Shown: piece after piece, positions 18,483 to 29,600 of the stretch
Layout: every line of letters begins with the position of its first letter
Numbering within the stretch: the first letter of the stretch is position 1
Assembly: GCA_963724325.1 (NCBI GenBank)
Contig: CAVRUH010000001.1
Location: 576,001 to 640,000, forward strand
DNA: 64,000 nt
Direction: 5' to 3'
Origin: Waddliaceae bacterium
GTDB taxonomy: Bacteria > Chlamydiota > Chlamydiia > Chlamydiales > Waddliaceae
Made by a program: the position numbers and the translations under genes
Notes under the pieces: model-generated
The model's database searches: none
The model's input: only the letters and a program-made list of their open reading frames with translations
What the model was told of the DNA's origin: nothing

Positions 18483-18863
18483 ATGACAGTACAATCAATC
18501 GATCTTGCATGGATCGTGGTAAAGGATTTAAAGAATGCGATTAAATTTTATACCGAAGTTTTAGGCATGAAACTCGAAGTGGAAAATGAAATGTATGGCT
18601 GGGCTGAACTTGTAGGTCAGAACGGCGGCATGAGACTTGGAATTGCACAACAAAGTGATATGGAAGAGGTCGCTCCAGGTTCAAATGCAATCCTCACCCT
18701 TAAAGTTGCAAACATTGATGCCTCCAAAAAGGATTTGATCAGCAAAGGTGCAAAACTTCTTGGCGATATTATTGAAGTCCCCGGGCAAGTAAAAATGCAA
18801 ACTTTAATCGATACAGATGGAAATCGTCTGCAAATAGTAGAATTACTAAGTCAACATCTTTAG
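18483..18863 (+). CDS. VOC/glyoxalase-bleomycin resistance family protein
   Basis: VKDLKNAIKFYTEVLG and DTDGNRLQIVE patterns; SD AGGAG upstream. Confidence 0.85.
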   Translation: MTVQSIDLAWIVVKDLKNAIKFYTEVLGMKLEVENEMYGWAELVGQNGGMRLGIAQQSDMEEVAPGSNAILTLKVANIDASKKDLISKGAKLLGDIIEVPGQVKMQTLIDTDGNRLQIVELLSQHL

Positions 18864-18884
18864 CAATAGCATAGTTCCAAGTTA

Positions 18885-19679
18885 CTATTTGCTGGTTTGG
18901 AATGCTGTCTTAAGAAATGCCTGCATGTCTTTCCATGATTCCTGATCTGCCTTTGAATTGTATCCAATTGGCATGTTAAATTTCTTGCCATTGGAATCGG
19001 CTTCAGGATTGGTAAAGCCATGCAGGGCATTTTCATATATTTTGAATTGATATTCTGCACCCGCTTTATCTAAAGCGGATTTAAACGCTGCTATTTGTTC
19101 AGGGGATGTAAATCGGTCGGCACCTCCTTGACAAACTAGAATTTTTGCCTTCACTTGACCAGGCTTGGGCTCAATTGAGGGGAGTGTTCCATGAAAACTA
19201 ACCACTGCGTCCAAGGGTAGTCCGATCATCGCCATTTTTAAAACTATGCCTCCTCCAAAACAGTAACCAATTGCGGCAATATGTTGTTTATCGGTATAAC
19301 GAAAGTCTTTTAATATTTGAAGTGCTGCCTTAAAACGATCTTCTGCATAGGCTCCGTTGCTGTTAACTTCACCTACATAGGTCCGGGCCTCTTCAGGATT
19401 CTGCGCTACTTTACCATCTCCAAACATATCTATAGCAAATGCTACGTATCCCAGTTCCGCGAGCATCTTTGCGCGATGACGAGCATATTCATTGTTTCCC
19501 CACCATTCAGGAACGACTAAAATCCCTGGGCGTTTTGTAGAAGTGTCGTCATTATAGGCAAGGTACCCTTTAAAGTTTTTTGAATCCACAGTATAATTGA
19601 TTTCTTGTTCTTGCACTGCAGCCATAGCTTCCGTAGTTAAAATGGTTAAAATTAAGATTCCGAATAATTTTTTTCTCAT
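18885..19679 (-). CDS. Dienelactone hydrolase family protein with signal peptide
   Basis: PEWWG, nucleophile motif IGYCFGG, ALHGFTNP; N-terminal MRKKLFGILILTILTTEAMA. Confidence 0.9.
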   Translation of the reverse strand: MRKKLFGILILTILTTEAMAAVQEQEINYTVDSKNFKGYLAYNDDTSTKRPGILVVPEWWGNNEYARHRAKMLAELGYVAFAIDMFGDGKVAQNPEEARTYVGEVNSNGAYAEDRFKAALQILKDFRYTDKQHIAAIGYCFGGGIVLKMAMIGLPLDAVVSFHGTLPSIEPKPGQVKAKILVCQGGADRFTSPEQIAAFKSALDKAGAEYQFKIYENALHGFTNPEADSNGKKFNMPIGYNSKADQESWKDMQAFLKTAFQTSK

Positions 19680-19855
19680 AGGGAACAACACCTTTATTAT
19701 GTTTTTTTGACATTAACATATGATGTCATATTTTGTAAAATGCTCTAGTAGGAGACGGCTGCTAAAAATAATTTTTTGGATAATGCGATAACTCGTTTCT
19801 GGTGAATTTTCCTCTTGTAGATATATCCAATATCGTTTAGAATTTTTGCTTATTC

Positions 19856-19942
19856 GGAGGAGTGTCCGAGTGGCTTAAGGAGCACGCTTGGAAAGCGTGT
19901 GTACGTTAACACGTACCGTGGGTTCGAATCCCACCTCCTCCG
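19856..19942 (+). tRNA. tRNA-Ser (anticodon GGA)
   Basis: GGAGGAG acceptor stem pairing CTCCTCC, anticodon arm CACGC-TTGGAAA-GCGTG, long variable arm, GGTTCGAATCC T-loop; CCA not encoded. Confidence 0.96.
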
Positions 19943-20094
19943 TCACATGGGATGATCTGACACTGCGATGAGCTTATCAAAGGGTTCACGTAGTGTTATG
20001 ATCGCCTTTTTGTCTTTCATTACATCAGTGACAACTGCACCCGTTCTTTTATAGACAGCAGGGGTCTTATATATCGCGGATCGTGTACAGTGGT

Positions 20095-21018
20095 TCAAAA
20101 ATTAACCCTCTTTGTGATGTAATCCTTCAATAGAGCTTCAAAATCTACGTCGGTGTTACCTTCTTTAATCGTTTGAGCTTCCTCATCTAAGATAACTCTT
20201 GAATCTTTCATAAACTGCAGGAACTCAATCGTTCCCAACGTTGGATCAAATGAATTCTCTTGATATTCAGGGGGTTGATGTTTGATAAACGTTAGCCCGA
20301 TGTTATGTGCTTTGATGACGCTTGCTAATTTTTCTCTATGAGCATACGAGTTCTCAAAAATCACGATTTTTTCTGGTTTCTTTATGAGCCTGCTTAAAAA
20401 GACGTCTAAGGCCCTATCTAGGGGTTTTTTATTGGTAAAGATAATTCCTTTTGCAAATGTGTATTCATCTGTTGCATTTACTTCTTGACCATATTCACAA
20501 CTCGAATTTTCACTGATTTTCATCTTCCCAACCAATGAGACTGACTTTTCTAAATCAATTCCTAATTTTTTCAAATGATTGGAAGTCGTTATCCCGAAAT
20601 TTGGATCATATGGCGCCGCCCAATTTTTCATTGAAATTGCAATAAGAGGGACTCCTTTCGCCTGCAATTCTTTGATTACCGAAGGCGCATTATTATAAAC
20701 CAGCTTCTTATCAACCTGATTCACAATAATATTTTCGATGCTATTTGCTATTTCCGAAGCAAGCTCCGTGTCTGAGACAACTTTTCGAACACGATCAGCA
20801 ACATAGATCCGCCATTTCTTATCCGACATGGTGTTGCATGGTTTGTAAAGAGTATCTGAAATATCGGTGAGAATGAGCGTGCTTTGGTTAGAAACTTCAA
20901 GTAATACCGAAATATCGGTTACTTCAATTGCGTCATTTGCGAAAACTTGCTCTGAAGAAGAAACATACATAATGCACCCCGTAATTATTACAAAATTTAA
21001 TAATAAGTATTTAATCAT
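20095..21018 (-). CDS. DUF2608-like (degenerate HAD-fold) chlamydial protein
   Basis: TLILTDISDTL, KGIIFTN, KPEKIVIFEN resemble DUF2608 proteins; start uncertain. Confidence 0.65.
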   Translation of the reverse strand: MIKYLLLNFVIITGCIMYVSSSEQVFANDAIEVTDISVLLEVSNQSTLILTDISDTLYKPCNTMSDKKWRIYVADRVRKVVSDTELASEIANSIENIIVNQVDKKLVYNNAPSVIKELQAKGVPLIAISMKNWAAPYDPNFGITTSNHLKKLGIDLEKSVSLVGKMKISENSSCEYGQEVNATDEYTFAKGIIFTNKKPLDRALDVFLSRLIKKPEKIVIFENSYAHREKLASVIKAHNIGLTFIKHQPPEYQENSFDPTLGTIEFLQFMKDSRVILDEEAQTIKEGNTDVDFEALLKDYITKRVNF

Positions 21019-21537
21019 AAACCACACAAAAATAATAAAGTTTATCATACCACACAAATTCTCTATGATCGCAAAATCCGGTTGGAATTTGATTAGCCGT
21101 TATCATGAGACCTTCTCATGATTTTCAGCTACATTGTATCGAAAAATAAATTACATGTCAATAAGCAGTATTTTTTATTTTTTTATTTTTAAAATGTCAA
21201 ATTAAGATTATTTAATTTATATTTAATAATTGTATTGATTATTAGATTCAAAAAATAATATATTTATTTTTTTTCACTACTTAAGTCACAACCGGCATCA
21301 ACTCCGCCACGATACCCCCAAATTCCCTCCAGGGAAAAGTTCGAAGACCGTCCCACGTCTCCGAATCGACTTGGTAGAAACAGTTGTTGTGTACACTCAC
21401 TTATATTCTTTACCGAGGGTCTGCAGAATTTGTCTTGCGGTTTTTAATGAAGAGCTGTATTTATCTAGGAAAAAAAGGAAAGTACTTTAATTTTAGAACC
21501 TCACTTTAATGTGCCAATAGTGATTTAAGGAGCATTT

Positions 21538-22347
21538 GTGATAGACAAAGAGTTTAGAAAATTCATATCCACGGTCGATATGATGAACATTATCAGTTTT
21601 ATTTTGCTGCTGGTGTTTCTTGTGGTAGTGGTAAAATGTTTTGATATGATTTCTCGGGTAGTCATCAAGAAGTTCCCAAAAAAACGCATGCACATTTTTC
21701 AATGGATGCCTGCTTTTAGTTTCATTATTTATTTCTTCGGAATCACTGTGGGTGTGTATCTAATTTTTAATCCTTCACATGAGGTACTTCTTTGGTTTTT
21801 CGCAAGCGCAAGCATTGCAATCGCTTTTGCTTTCAAAGATGTTTTGGTCTCAATTATCTCTGGGATAATTTTATTGATTGATAAACCGTTTCAAGTTGGT
21901 GATCGCATCACATTTGATGGCGTATATGGTGAAGTTATTGCTCTTGGATTAAGATCGGTAAAACTGTTGACGTTGGATGAAAGTGTTGTCACGGTGCCTA
22001 ATGGTCGTTTCATGAATGACATTGTGAGCTCAAGCAGTGCAGGTCAATTAAAGATGATGACTACCGTTGATATTCATGTCCCAATTGATGAGGATCTCTA
22101 TAAATCTAGAGATATTCTCGAAAAATTAGCTAGAGAGAGCTTCTATCTAGACCCAGAAAAAAAGTCACTCATAGTTGTTAAAGAAGTGCTGGGGGTGGGA
22201 GGAGTGATTTCTACCATAATGACGGCAAAATGTGTGGTAAAAGATGCCCGTCAGGAAAAAGCCTTTCAAACAGATTTTCTTTTAGATGTCGCTCGTGAAT
22301 TTAAAAAGCAAAATATTTTCCGGAAATTTAACTACACCAAAGACTAA
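21538..22347 (+). CDS. MscS-family mechanosensitive ion channel
   Basis: Three TM helices, then ISGIILLIDKPFQVGDRITFDGVYGEV...VTVPN. Confidence 0.9.
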   Translation: MIDKEFRKFISTVDMMNIISFILLLVFLVVVVKCFDMISRVVIKKFPKKRMHIFQWMPAFSFIIYFFGITVGVYLIFNPSHEVLLWFFASASIAIAFAFKDVLVSIISGIILLIDKPFQVGDRITFDGVYGEVIALGLRSVKLLTLDESVVTVPNGRFMNDIVSSSSAGQLKMMTTVDIHVPIDEDLYKSRDILEKLARESFYLDPEKKSLIVVKEVLGVGGVISTIMTAKCVVKDARQEKAFQTDFLLDVAREFKKQNIFRKFNYTKD

Positions 22348-22381
22348 GGGATTGTAAGGAAATATATTTTACAGTTTCCGA

Positions 22382-22427
22382 GGGTTTGTTTTTTACCTTT
22401 TTTTGATCACGCACATACTTGAGAAAA
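22382..22427. repeat. 46-bp direct repeat, left copy
   Basis: Identical to 23318-23363 (GGGTTTG...GATCACGCACATACTTGAGAAAA). Confidence 0.92.
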
Positions 22428-22665
22428 TCGGGAATTATAAATAGATAATACAAACAACTTGATTTATTACTTGAAATTGTATACCTTAATAATTAAGAGG
22501 TAAATATGTTCATGGGTAGTCTGCCCTTGGAGTATTTTGTAACACAGTACTTTAGAGTAACATCAAAATCTTATTGAAAAAGTAATGTTCTTTTAGAGAG
22601 AGGGGCGCTGATCTCAAAATACAAAGAGAAAATGGACAAAAAGAAAGATTAATTTTGGAGGTTAT

Positions 22666-23292
22666 ATGACAATAAATTTTTCAGGTGCAAAAAATGAAAT
22701 AAAATATTTAACAATATCCAATGAAATCAAAAATCATTGTACCGATCTACTCAAAACAGAGGTTAAAGTTTCTAAGCAGTTAGATAGGTTTGATCAGCTA
22801 AATGAAAAAATTAGTGATTTAGGGAGTTGGATTATTGTGTTTCAAGAGAATGAGCAATCGGCACCGGAAAGATCATTAGCAGGGCGAATTGGAAAAGGTT
22901 TTGCATACGGGTTGGGTGGGGTTGGTGCGATATTGTTATGCCCAATTTCATGGGTTGCAGGTATCGTGCTGGGAGTACTTGGTATTTTTGGAGGGGGAAA
23001 GGAATTATTTGAAGTCAGTGGGAAGTGTTTTGGTGGACCTGTGATCTTGGCAGGAAGAGCATTTTTCGAATGCGTTAATTCAAAATATTTCTGGTCAAAT
23101 AAAGCTAATAAATTCCGTATGAAACAGGATGATTTAACTATCAAAAGAACAAACGCTATAAATGAAATAAAAAACCTACAAACAGAAATGGACGATATAG
23201 CAGTACGAGTCGATTCGGTAAAAGATCAAATCCCAAATTTAATTACAGCAAAGGACAGTTTGAAAAACAAGATCGAGCACCTAGATCAATAA
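22666..23292 (+). CDS. Hypothetical protein with bilobed hydrophobic segment between coiled coils (Inc-like)
   Basis: SD GGAGG; hydrophobic GFAYGLGGVGAILLCPISWVAGIVLGVLGIFG flanked by heptad-rich helices. Confidence 0.6.
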   Translation: MTINFSGAKNEIKYLTISNEIKNHCTDLLKTEVKVSKQLDRFDQLNEKISDLGSWIIVFQENEQSAPERSLAGRIGKGFAYGLGGVGAILLCPISWVAGIVLGVLGIFGGGKELFEVSGKCFGGPVILAGRAFFECVNSKYFWSNKANKFRMKQDDLTIKRTNAINEIKNLQTEMDDIAVRVDSVKDQIPNLITAKDSLKNKIEHLDQ

Positions 23293-23317
23293 AATTGAAA
23301 TTTTGTTTGCAAGCATT

Positions 23318-23363
23318 GGGTTTGTTTTTTACCTTTTTTTGATCACGCACATACTTGAGAAAA
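23318..23363. repeat. 46-bp direct repeat, right copy (overlaps the 3' end of the methyltransferase gene)
   Basis: Identical to 22382-22427. Confidence 0.92.
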
Positions 23364-24057
23364 ACTGGATGGAATGGATGTTGCATTGGTAATAATTGAG
23401 CCCTTGCGGCGTTTTATCATTCCTTTTATTTGCATCGGCACATCCGGTGGCAGCGCCGATGTAATTAAGATCCTCGACCAAATTTTTTAACAATTCGACA
23501 GTTGTACCTTGTCCTGCCTTAGGGGCAGTCAAATTACCATTACCTCCGTATTCTCCCCAATATGAAGTGTGTAAATCTTCAATAATATAGATTCCGCCAC
23601 TCTTTACAAATGGAAACAAGTGCTGAAAACTGATTATTTGCTGATTCATTGTGTGTCCGCCATCATCGATGATCACATCAAATTCTCCACCGGTGTTTCT
23701 ACCAAACTGATCTAACGCATTTCTGTCGGATTGACTTAAAAAATGATAGTAGGAGCGACTTGTGGAATGCTGGATATAGGCATCTGTGATATCGATGAAA
23801 TGGAGTTCCCCATTCGGAAAATAGTTTTCCCATAACTTTACCGAGTTGCCTCTATAAATCCCTATTTCTAGAAACTTAATCGGTTTGTCCCGCAATGAAG
23901 CAAAAAGCTCGGAGTATACCTCGGTATAATTGTGAAAATTTGAGCTTTTGTCAGTCCCAGCCTCAAGAGCAAGTTTATCTAAATAAAGATATTCAAAATT
24001 ATCAAGCCCTAGAAGAGGTGTTGATGCAAGCCACAAACATATAATTATTTTTTTCAT
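23329..24057 (-). CDS. Class I SAM-dependent O-methyltransferase (MycE-like) with signal peptide
   Basis: GTDKS..HNY, FLEIGI, FDVIIDDGGH, GGIYIIEDLHTSYW. Confidence 0.85.
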   Translation of the reverse strand: MKKIIICLWLASTPLLGLDNFEYLYLDKLALEAGTDKSSNFHNYTEVYSELFASLRDKPIKFLEIGIYRGNSVKLWENYFPNGELHFIDITDAYIQHSTSRSYYHFLSQSDRNALDQFGRNTGGEFDVIIDDGGHTMNQQIISFQHLFPFVKSGGIYIIEDLHTSYWGEYGGNGNLTAPKAGQGTTVELLKNLVEDLNYIGAATGCADANKRNDKTPQGLNYYQCNIHSIQFFSSMCVIKKR

Positions 24058-24103
24058 AAAACCCGTCTATTTTTTTGAATCTCGACACCATTTTTTTCTA
24101 TTT

Positions 24104-24138
24104 CTTGCAATTTTGCATTTAAAATGCAAAATTGCAAG
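24104..24138. promoter_or_regulatory. Perfect 17-bp-arm palindrome (operator or terminator)
   Basis: CTTGCAATTTTGCATTT-A-AAATGCAAAATTGCAAG. Confidence 0.55.
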
Positions 24139-24151
24139 CATTTTATTGAGG

Positions 24152-24568
24152 TCAAGCGACTTTCATTTCGAGAGTTTTGGGTGGGTCATTTAACTCGAGA
24201 AATTCCCTGAAGTGCATTGCAAATTCATCATTTTCGATGCAATCAGCCATAAGTAATCTAATAACAACTTCAGTTGTTAATGGCATGCCAGTGGCTTTAT
24301 CTTTTTTCCTCTCCCAACCGGATATGGTTGCATGGGTTTTTAAACCCAAAAGAGATGCAAATTCTTTTTGAGACAGTTTCATATAGGTTCGTACAAACAA
24401 AAGATGCATACCAGAAAAATGTGTGGGTAACCATAGGAGGGTTTTGAAAACCAAATCTTCAAGTTCTCGATGGTTTATCTTTGGCAGTGTTTCACCACGA
24501 AATTCAAAGGTTTTAACTCCTTTGAGGATGATTGGAAAACCTAGTCCATTGTATATTATTTTTTTCAT
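24152..24568 (-). CDS. XRE-family HTH protein, antitoxin-like (orphan)
   Basis: VRTYMKLSQKEFASLLG...HATISGWE HTH; paralogous to 51138-51605. Confidence 0.8.
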   Translation of the reverse strand: MKKIIYNGLGFPIILKGVKTFEFRGETLPKINHRELEDLVFKTLLWLPTHFSGMHLLFVRTYMKLSQKEFASLLGLKTHATISGWERKKDKATGMPLTTEVVIRLLMADCIENDEFAMHFREFLELNDPPKTLEMKVA

Positions 24569-24787
24569 ATGTCATACTTTAACATTTATGTCAATTTATG
24601 TCATTACCTAAAAAGGGAGGCAATATCAGTGAAGTGAAGTGTGAAGTCAAATCCCTTTACCTTTTTCTAGAATGAATGGAATTATTATGTTATGCTTTTG
24701 ATGATCATCAAAAGATGATGATCAATCAATAAAAACTCCAACTACGTCACTCTGGTGATCAGTTGCCAAATGAAAGGTTAAAAATTT

Positions 24788-25210
24788 ATGAATTGCTTTA
24801 GTCCAACAGAAAGAATAATACCGGAAACAATAAATGTCCTTGAAAAACCGATCGTTGCGATATTGCAGTGTGCAACGGGTATTTTAATAGTGCGATGCGA
24901 GGCTACGGGACAGCGGCTTCGTGGTCCATCGAATAGGATCTACGGTTATTCCAATGAAGAGAAGAAAAATGAGATGATAGAAGCTCAGAGAAAAGTTGAA
25001 GATAAATTTCGTAATGATGAGGGTCCTTTGTTTGGTTATACACGTCCTGTAGGGTACTGGCTTAGTGATGGGCACTTAGTTTCACCTTCATATCAAGGGG
25101 GAGAGAGAGTGAAACCTTACTATGGAACTGCATCAGAGATATTAAACATGAAACGTAAGATCAATTACGTCACAAACCCCCTCCTTGGTTTTTTTTCAAA
25201 AAGATTTTAG
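24788..25210 (+). CDS. Hypothetical protein
   Basis: 140-aa ORF with plausible composition; no family recognised. Confidence 0.55.
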   Translation: MNCFSPTERIIPETINVLEKPIVAILQCATGILIVRCEATGQRLRGPSNRIYGYSNEEKKNEMIEAQRKVEDKFRNDEGPLFGYTRPVGYWLSDGHLVSPSYQGGERVKPYYGTASEILNMKRKINYVTNPLLGFFSKRF

Positions 25211-25386
25211 GTAGTGTGGTCAAGTCTGTCACTTCAGTGCTCTGAAGCATCAGAGTGGCAGGCTTGACTTCATATTGGCCTTATTTTCCATTTTTTTTTG
25301 ATGTGATAGTGTCATGCTATTTTATTTTATAAAATAATAATATGAAGTGATATAATAAGGATAACGGAATAATTAGGTAGGTAACA

Positions 25387-26640
25387 ATGGACGGAATACG
25401 ATTAAATGAGGTTTGTAAAAATTATTTTCATATTGAGAAACCTAAATCGGCAGTCGAAGGGTTATTGCTTACAGGCAAAATTATTTCATATGCCACTATA
25501 ATCTTACCGATCGTTTTTATAGCATTGACCGCAATTTCACAAGGTCTGATGAATCGACAATTTAGAGTTAATAGTCCGGATGCACCTAGTGAAAAATCAG
25601 TGCAGGATATTGCAAAGAATCAGAATATTATTCCCGCTCTAAGAAATTCAGATGCAGATGTTGTGAAAGATGAAGTTTCCGATGAAATCCCGTTTCAAAA
25701 GATACGAGAAATTCAGAGATCTGATCTTAAAGATCACCTTTTTGAAAGTATTTTTCCTCAAAAACCTGTTGAAGGTAATTTTATAAATAGTGATGGTCAG
25801 GAGTCAGGATTTCAACACTTTCAGATTAATTGCAATGGGGGTGAGGTGGCGTTTCACGAACAATTCGGCTGCTTTGAGGGGCCGCAGATCGCTCGATATA
25901 ATCCTGAAGGGACTCAATATGGTGCGTTGCTCTCTCGGATACAACTTACTCCGGAAATGGCAAGCAAATTACCAAATTTACCAAATGAAATTGCAAATAG
26001 ACCTATTACCGATGCGTTTGTAACTATTTGGGGAAATTTGCCAGACAAACAGGATGATGTTGGAGGCGGTGAGCATCTTATGTTTCGACCCCAAACACTG
26101 GTAGGACAAATCCCAAATGGTTATGGGAAATTAGGCAAAGGGTTGTACCCCTTGAATATAGGAATGTTCACGAGTGCTAATGGAGGGATCATCCCGATAG
26201 AACGATCTAAAGATCACAAAGATTTGCCAACGGGGCTTGCTGTGAATAACAAGTTACAACGATGTCAATATGATTGCCATGGTGAAAATGATGACCCTTC
26301 CAAAAACATCGAGGACAATATATATCTGACTTCAGTAATGGGAACTTTCGATTTAGATAATAAACAGGTTCATGCTTTTACTGTAGTGGCGACCCTTGAT
26401 CCTCAAGAAGAACAGTATTTAGACTTTAAGGACATCAATAAAACAATGGCTTCCTATCAAATTGTTCTTTCGGATGAATTAACAAAACAATTAGCGCCCT
26501 TATTTCATACTGCACAGAATCTTAGAGAATTATTGCAGGGATTGCATGTTTTTGCAGCACAGTTAAATGCAAACGATAGAGATACCCCGATGCTCAAACA
26601 AGCTGTCCGCCATTTGATTCATATTTTTTCTGAGGATTAA
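25387..26640 (+). CDS. Putative secreted effector with DUF648-like N-terminal leader and unknown C-terminal domain
   Basis: First ~95 aa (KNYFH..KIISYATIILP) closely match 40616-41821; the remainder is unrelated. Confidence 0.65.
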   Translation: MDGIRLNEVCKNYFHIEKPKSAVEGLLLTGKIISYATIILPIVFIALTAISQGLMNRQFRVNSPDAPSEKSVQDIAKNQNIIPALRNSDADVVKDEVSDEIPFQKIREIQRSDLKDHLFESIFPQKPVEGNFINSDGQESGFQHFQINCNGGEVAFHEQFGCFEGPQIARYNPEGTQYGALLSRIQLTPEMASKLPNLPNEIANRPITDAFVTIWGNLPDKQDDVGGGEHLMFRPQTLVGQIPNGYGKLGKGLYPLNIGMFTSANGGIIPIERSKDHKDLPTGLAVNNKLQRCQYDCHGENDDPSKNIEDNIYLTSVMGTFDLDNKQVHAFTVVATLDPQEEQYLDFKDINKTMASYQIVLSDELTKQLAPLFHTAQNLRELLQGLHVFAAQLNANDRDTPMLKQAVRHLIHIFSED

Positions 26641-29600
26641 CCTTGTAAAGAATGCAATAGAGGACTGGTACTAGAAACATTGTGAGGATGGTTCCAAAGG
26701 TTAATCCGCCCATGATGGTAATGGTCATTGATTTCCAAAAAACATCGATGATTAATGGAGCAACACCAAAGACCGTTGTGACGGCACCCAAAAGAACAGG
26801 TCGTAGACGTGATATAGAGGCAATCATTACGGCTTGATAGGGCTCGTTGCCGCCGCTTGTTTCGACTTCAATTTGATCTAACAGAACAACCGCATTTTTG
26901 ATCATCATTCCAGAAAGACTCATACCTCCTAAAAGGGCCATAAATCCAAAAGGGGTATTAAAAAGAAGAAGGCTCCAAGTAATACCAATGACAACAAATG
27001 GGATTGTGAAAACAATAATAAGTGGTGTTCGAATGGAATTGAACAGAGCAACAAGGATGGTAATCATGATTACTCCTGCAGGAAGTAGCCCTGGAAGGAG
27101 ATTATCTCTTGAATCACGCGTACTTTGGTCTTCACCCTTTTTGTAGATTTCATAATAAGGAGGGAGTTTAAGTTGATTAAACTGTTCGATTACATGATCT
27201 TTCAAATCGGGATAGGTTGTTCCATTAGGCTCTCCCTGGACTGTATTTGCACGCCTGCGATCCCATCTAAAAATGATGGGATCCTCCCATTCCGTCGTAA
27301 TTTTCTTTGCCACTTGTGTAAGTGGAACTGAATAGTTAGATGCGCTGGGCTGTACCTGTACCATTTCGAGCAGTGATGCTTTTTTCCTTTGTTCTTCTGT
27401 GCTTCTTAGGAAAATTGGAATGATCTGATCTCGTTCTCGATAAATGCCGATTCTTTCTCCATCATGGATACGACTTGTTGCGCTTGCGATGGCTTCACGT
27501 TGGACTCCGAGCCATCGCCCGTTTATTTGATCGTATTCAGGAACTATTTTCGGAACTTGATTCATCATGACGGTTTTTACATCTTTCGCAAGGGGACTTG
27601 CAAGAAGGATGTCGGCACCCTGATCTCCGAGTCCTCTAAGTACTGCTAAGCTGGCTTCCGCAGGGCCGCTGATGTGCCATTCGAATTTCCAGGCATTTCC
27701 TGGGCCTACAGCATATTTTCGAATTCTCGTTAATGCGTCGGGATACCTTTTATTTAACCATGGTTGCAATTTTTCGATAAGAGGATTTATTTTTCTGAAA
27801 TCATCGAAATTGACGATGATTTGGGCATAGTTTGGATACTGCATTTCTGGTTCTACAGGGAGATAGAATCTTGGGGGGCCTGCTCCAATAAAACTGCTAA
27901 CGGCAGTGACTCCATCATAGTCCTTTAGAAAACTTTCTGTTGGCTGAATGTCTTGCGAGACCTGTTGAATTTTCGTTCCTTGCGGGTACCAAAAATCGAC
28001 CATGAGTTGAGGTCGTGAAGATTCAGGAAAAAACATTTTTTTTACGCTTCCAAAGCCAATAAATGAAAAGATAAGCAAACCTACCATACAAATCAAAAAG
28101 CTCCATCTGAATCTGATAGAAATCTCGAGCAATCTTCGATATGTATTGAAAAATCTAGTGTTATATTGGTCTGATCCTGTGTCTTCTTTTTTGGGGTTTG
28201 GTAACATGTCATAGCACTGCAGGGGAGTCAAAGTAATGGCTATGAGCCAGCTCATTAATAGAGACATCCCTACGACGACAAAAAGAGATCCTGCATATTC
28301 TCCTGTATCTGATTTAGATCCATATATTGGATAAAAAGCCATTGAGGCAACTATTGTAGCTCCTAAAAGTGGCATTAGGGGAAGAGTCGCCGATTCAATG
28401 CAGGCCTTCATTCTATCCATCCCTTGGTTCAGCCGCACCATGATGCCATCCGCCACGACAATAGCATTATCGACCATCATTCCTAAGGCAATAATTAATG
28501 CCCCTAAGGATATTCTGTGAAGGTCGATGCCGGCCATTTTCATCAGAATAAATACAGAAAAAATGGTCAGAATTAAGCAGCTGCCAATGATTATCCCCAT
28601 CCTAAATCCCATAGTGATGGCTAAAACAATAAGGACAATCAAGACTGCTTCAATTAGATTTATCAAAAAATCGTTGACGGATTTGCTTACTTCATCGGAT
28701 TGCCAAGCAACTTTTCTGACTTCTATTCCGACAGGAATTCCTCCCATGATTTCTTGAAGTCGTTTTTCAATAGCTTTGCCGGTATCAACAATGTTGCCGC
28801 CGGCAACATTAGCGAGAGCAATGGCAATTGCCGGACTCTGGTTAAAACGGAAAAGTGTTTTAGGTGGAATCTGATATCCATCCACAACAGTTGAAACATC
28901 TTTGATGCGAATAAGTTCAGGTGAAGGTGTGCTTCCAGAGATTTCTGTGGGTCTTGCTGTTTGGGCTGTGGAGAAATCGACTTGTTGCGGTGTTGGCTTA
29001 TTTGTAGGGTGTAAATAAAGATCCCCAATTTCATTAACGGATCTAAATTCTCCTGTGGGAGCAATTCTTATTCGATTTGATTGCACATCCACATATCCTG
29101 CATCTACTACAAGGTTTTGACTATTGAGGGTCGACTGAAAATTTTTCGGATTGATTCCGCTTTGAGCCAATTGTTGTTCAGAAATATCAATAAAAATAGC
29201 ACGATCTTGAATCCCCCAAAATTCTACTCTGGACACCCCTGTAACAAGAGAAAGTTCCTTTTTTATCGCTTTTGAAATTGATTCAAGTTCCCTATAAGAG
29301 TATCCTTCACCAGTGACAGCTAAAACAAATCCATACACAAAATTAAAATCATCTCCTACAATAGGTTCTTGAACACCTGGCGGCAGTTGAGGAGTGATGT
29401 TTTTGACTTTTTTTCTAACATCGTCCCAAACTTGAGGTAATTCTTTAGCCCAATAATTTTGTTTAATATCAATTTTTACAGTAGAAACACCTGCTCTTGA
29501 ATACGAATGGATATGATTTACTTGGGGCATCTCTTGTATGGCCTGCTCGATTCTATCGGTCACTTCAAGTTCTACCTCTTCAGGGCTAGCTCCTGGATAA

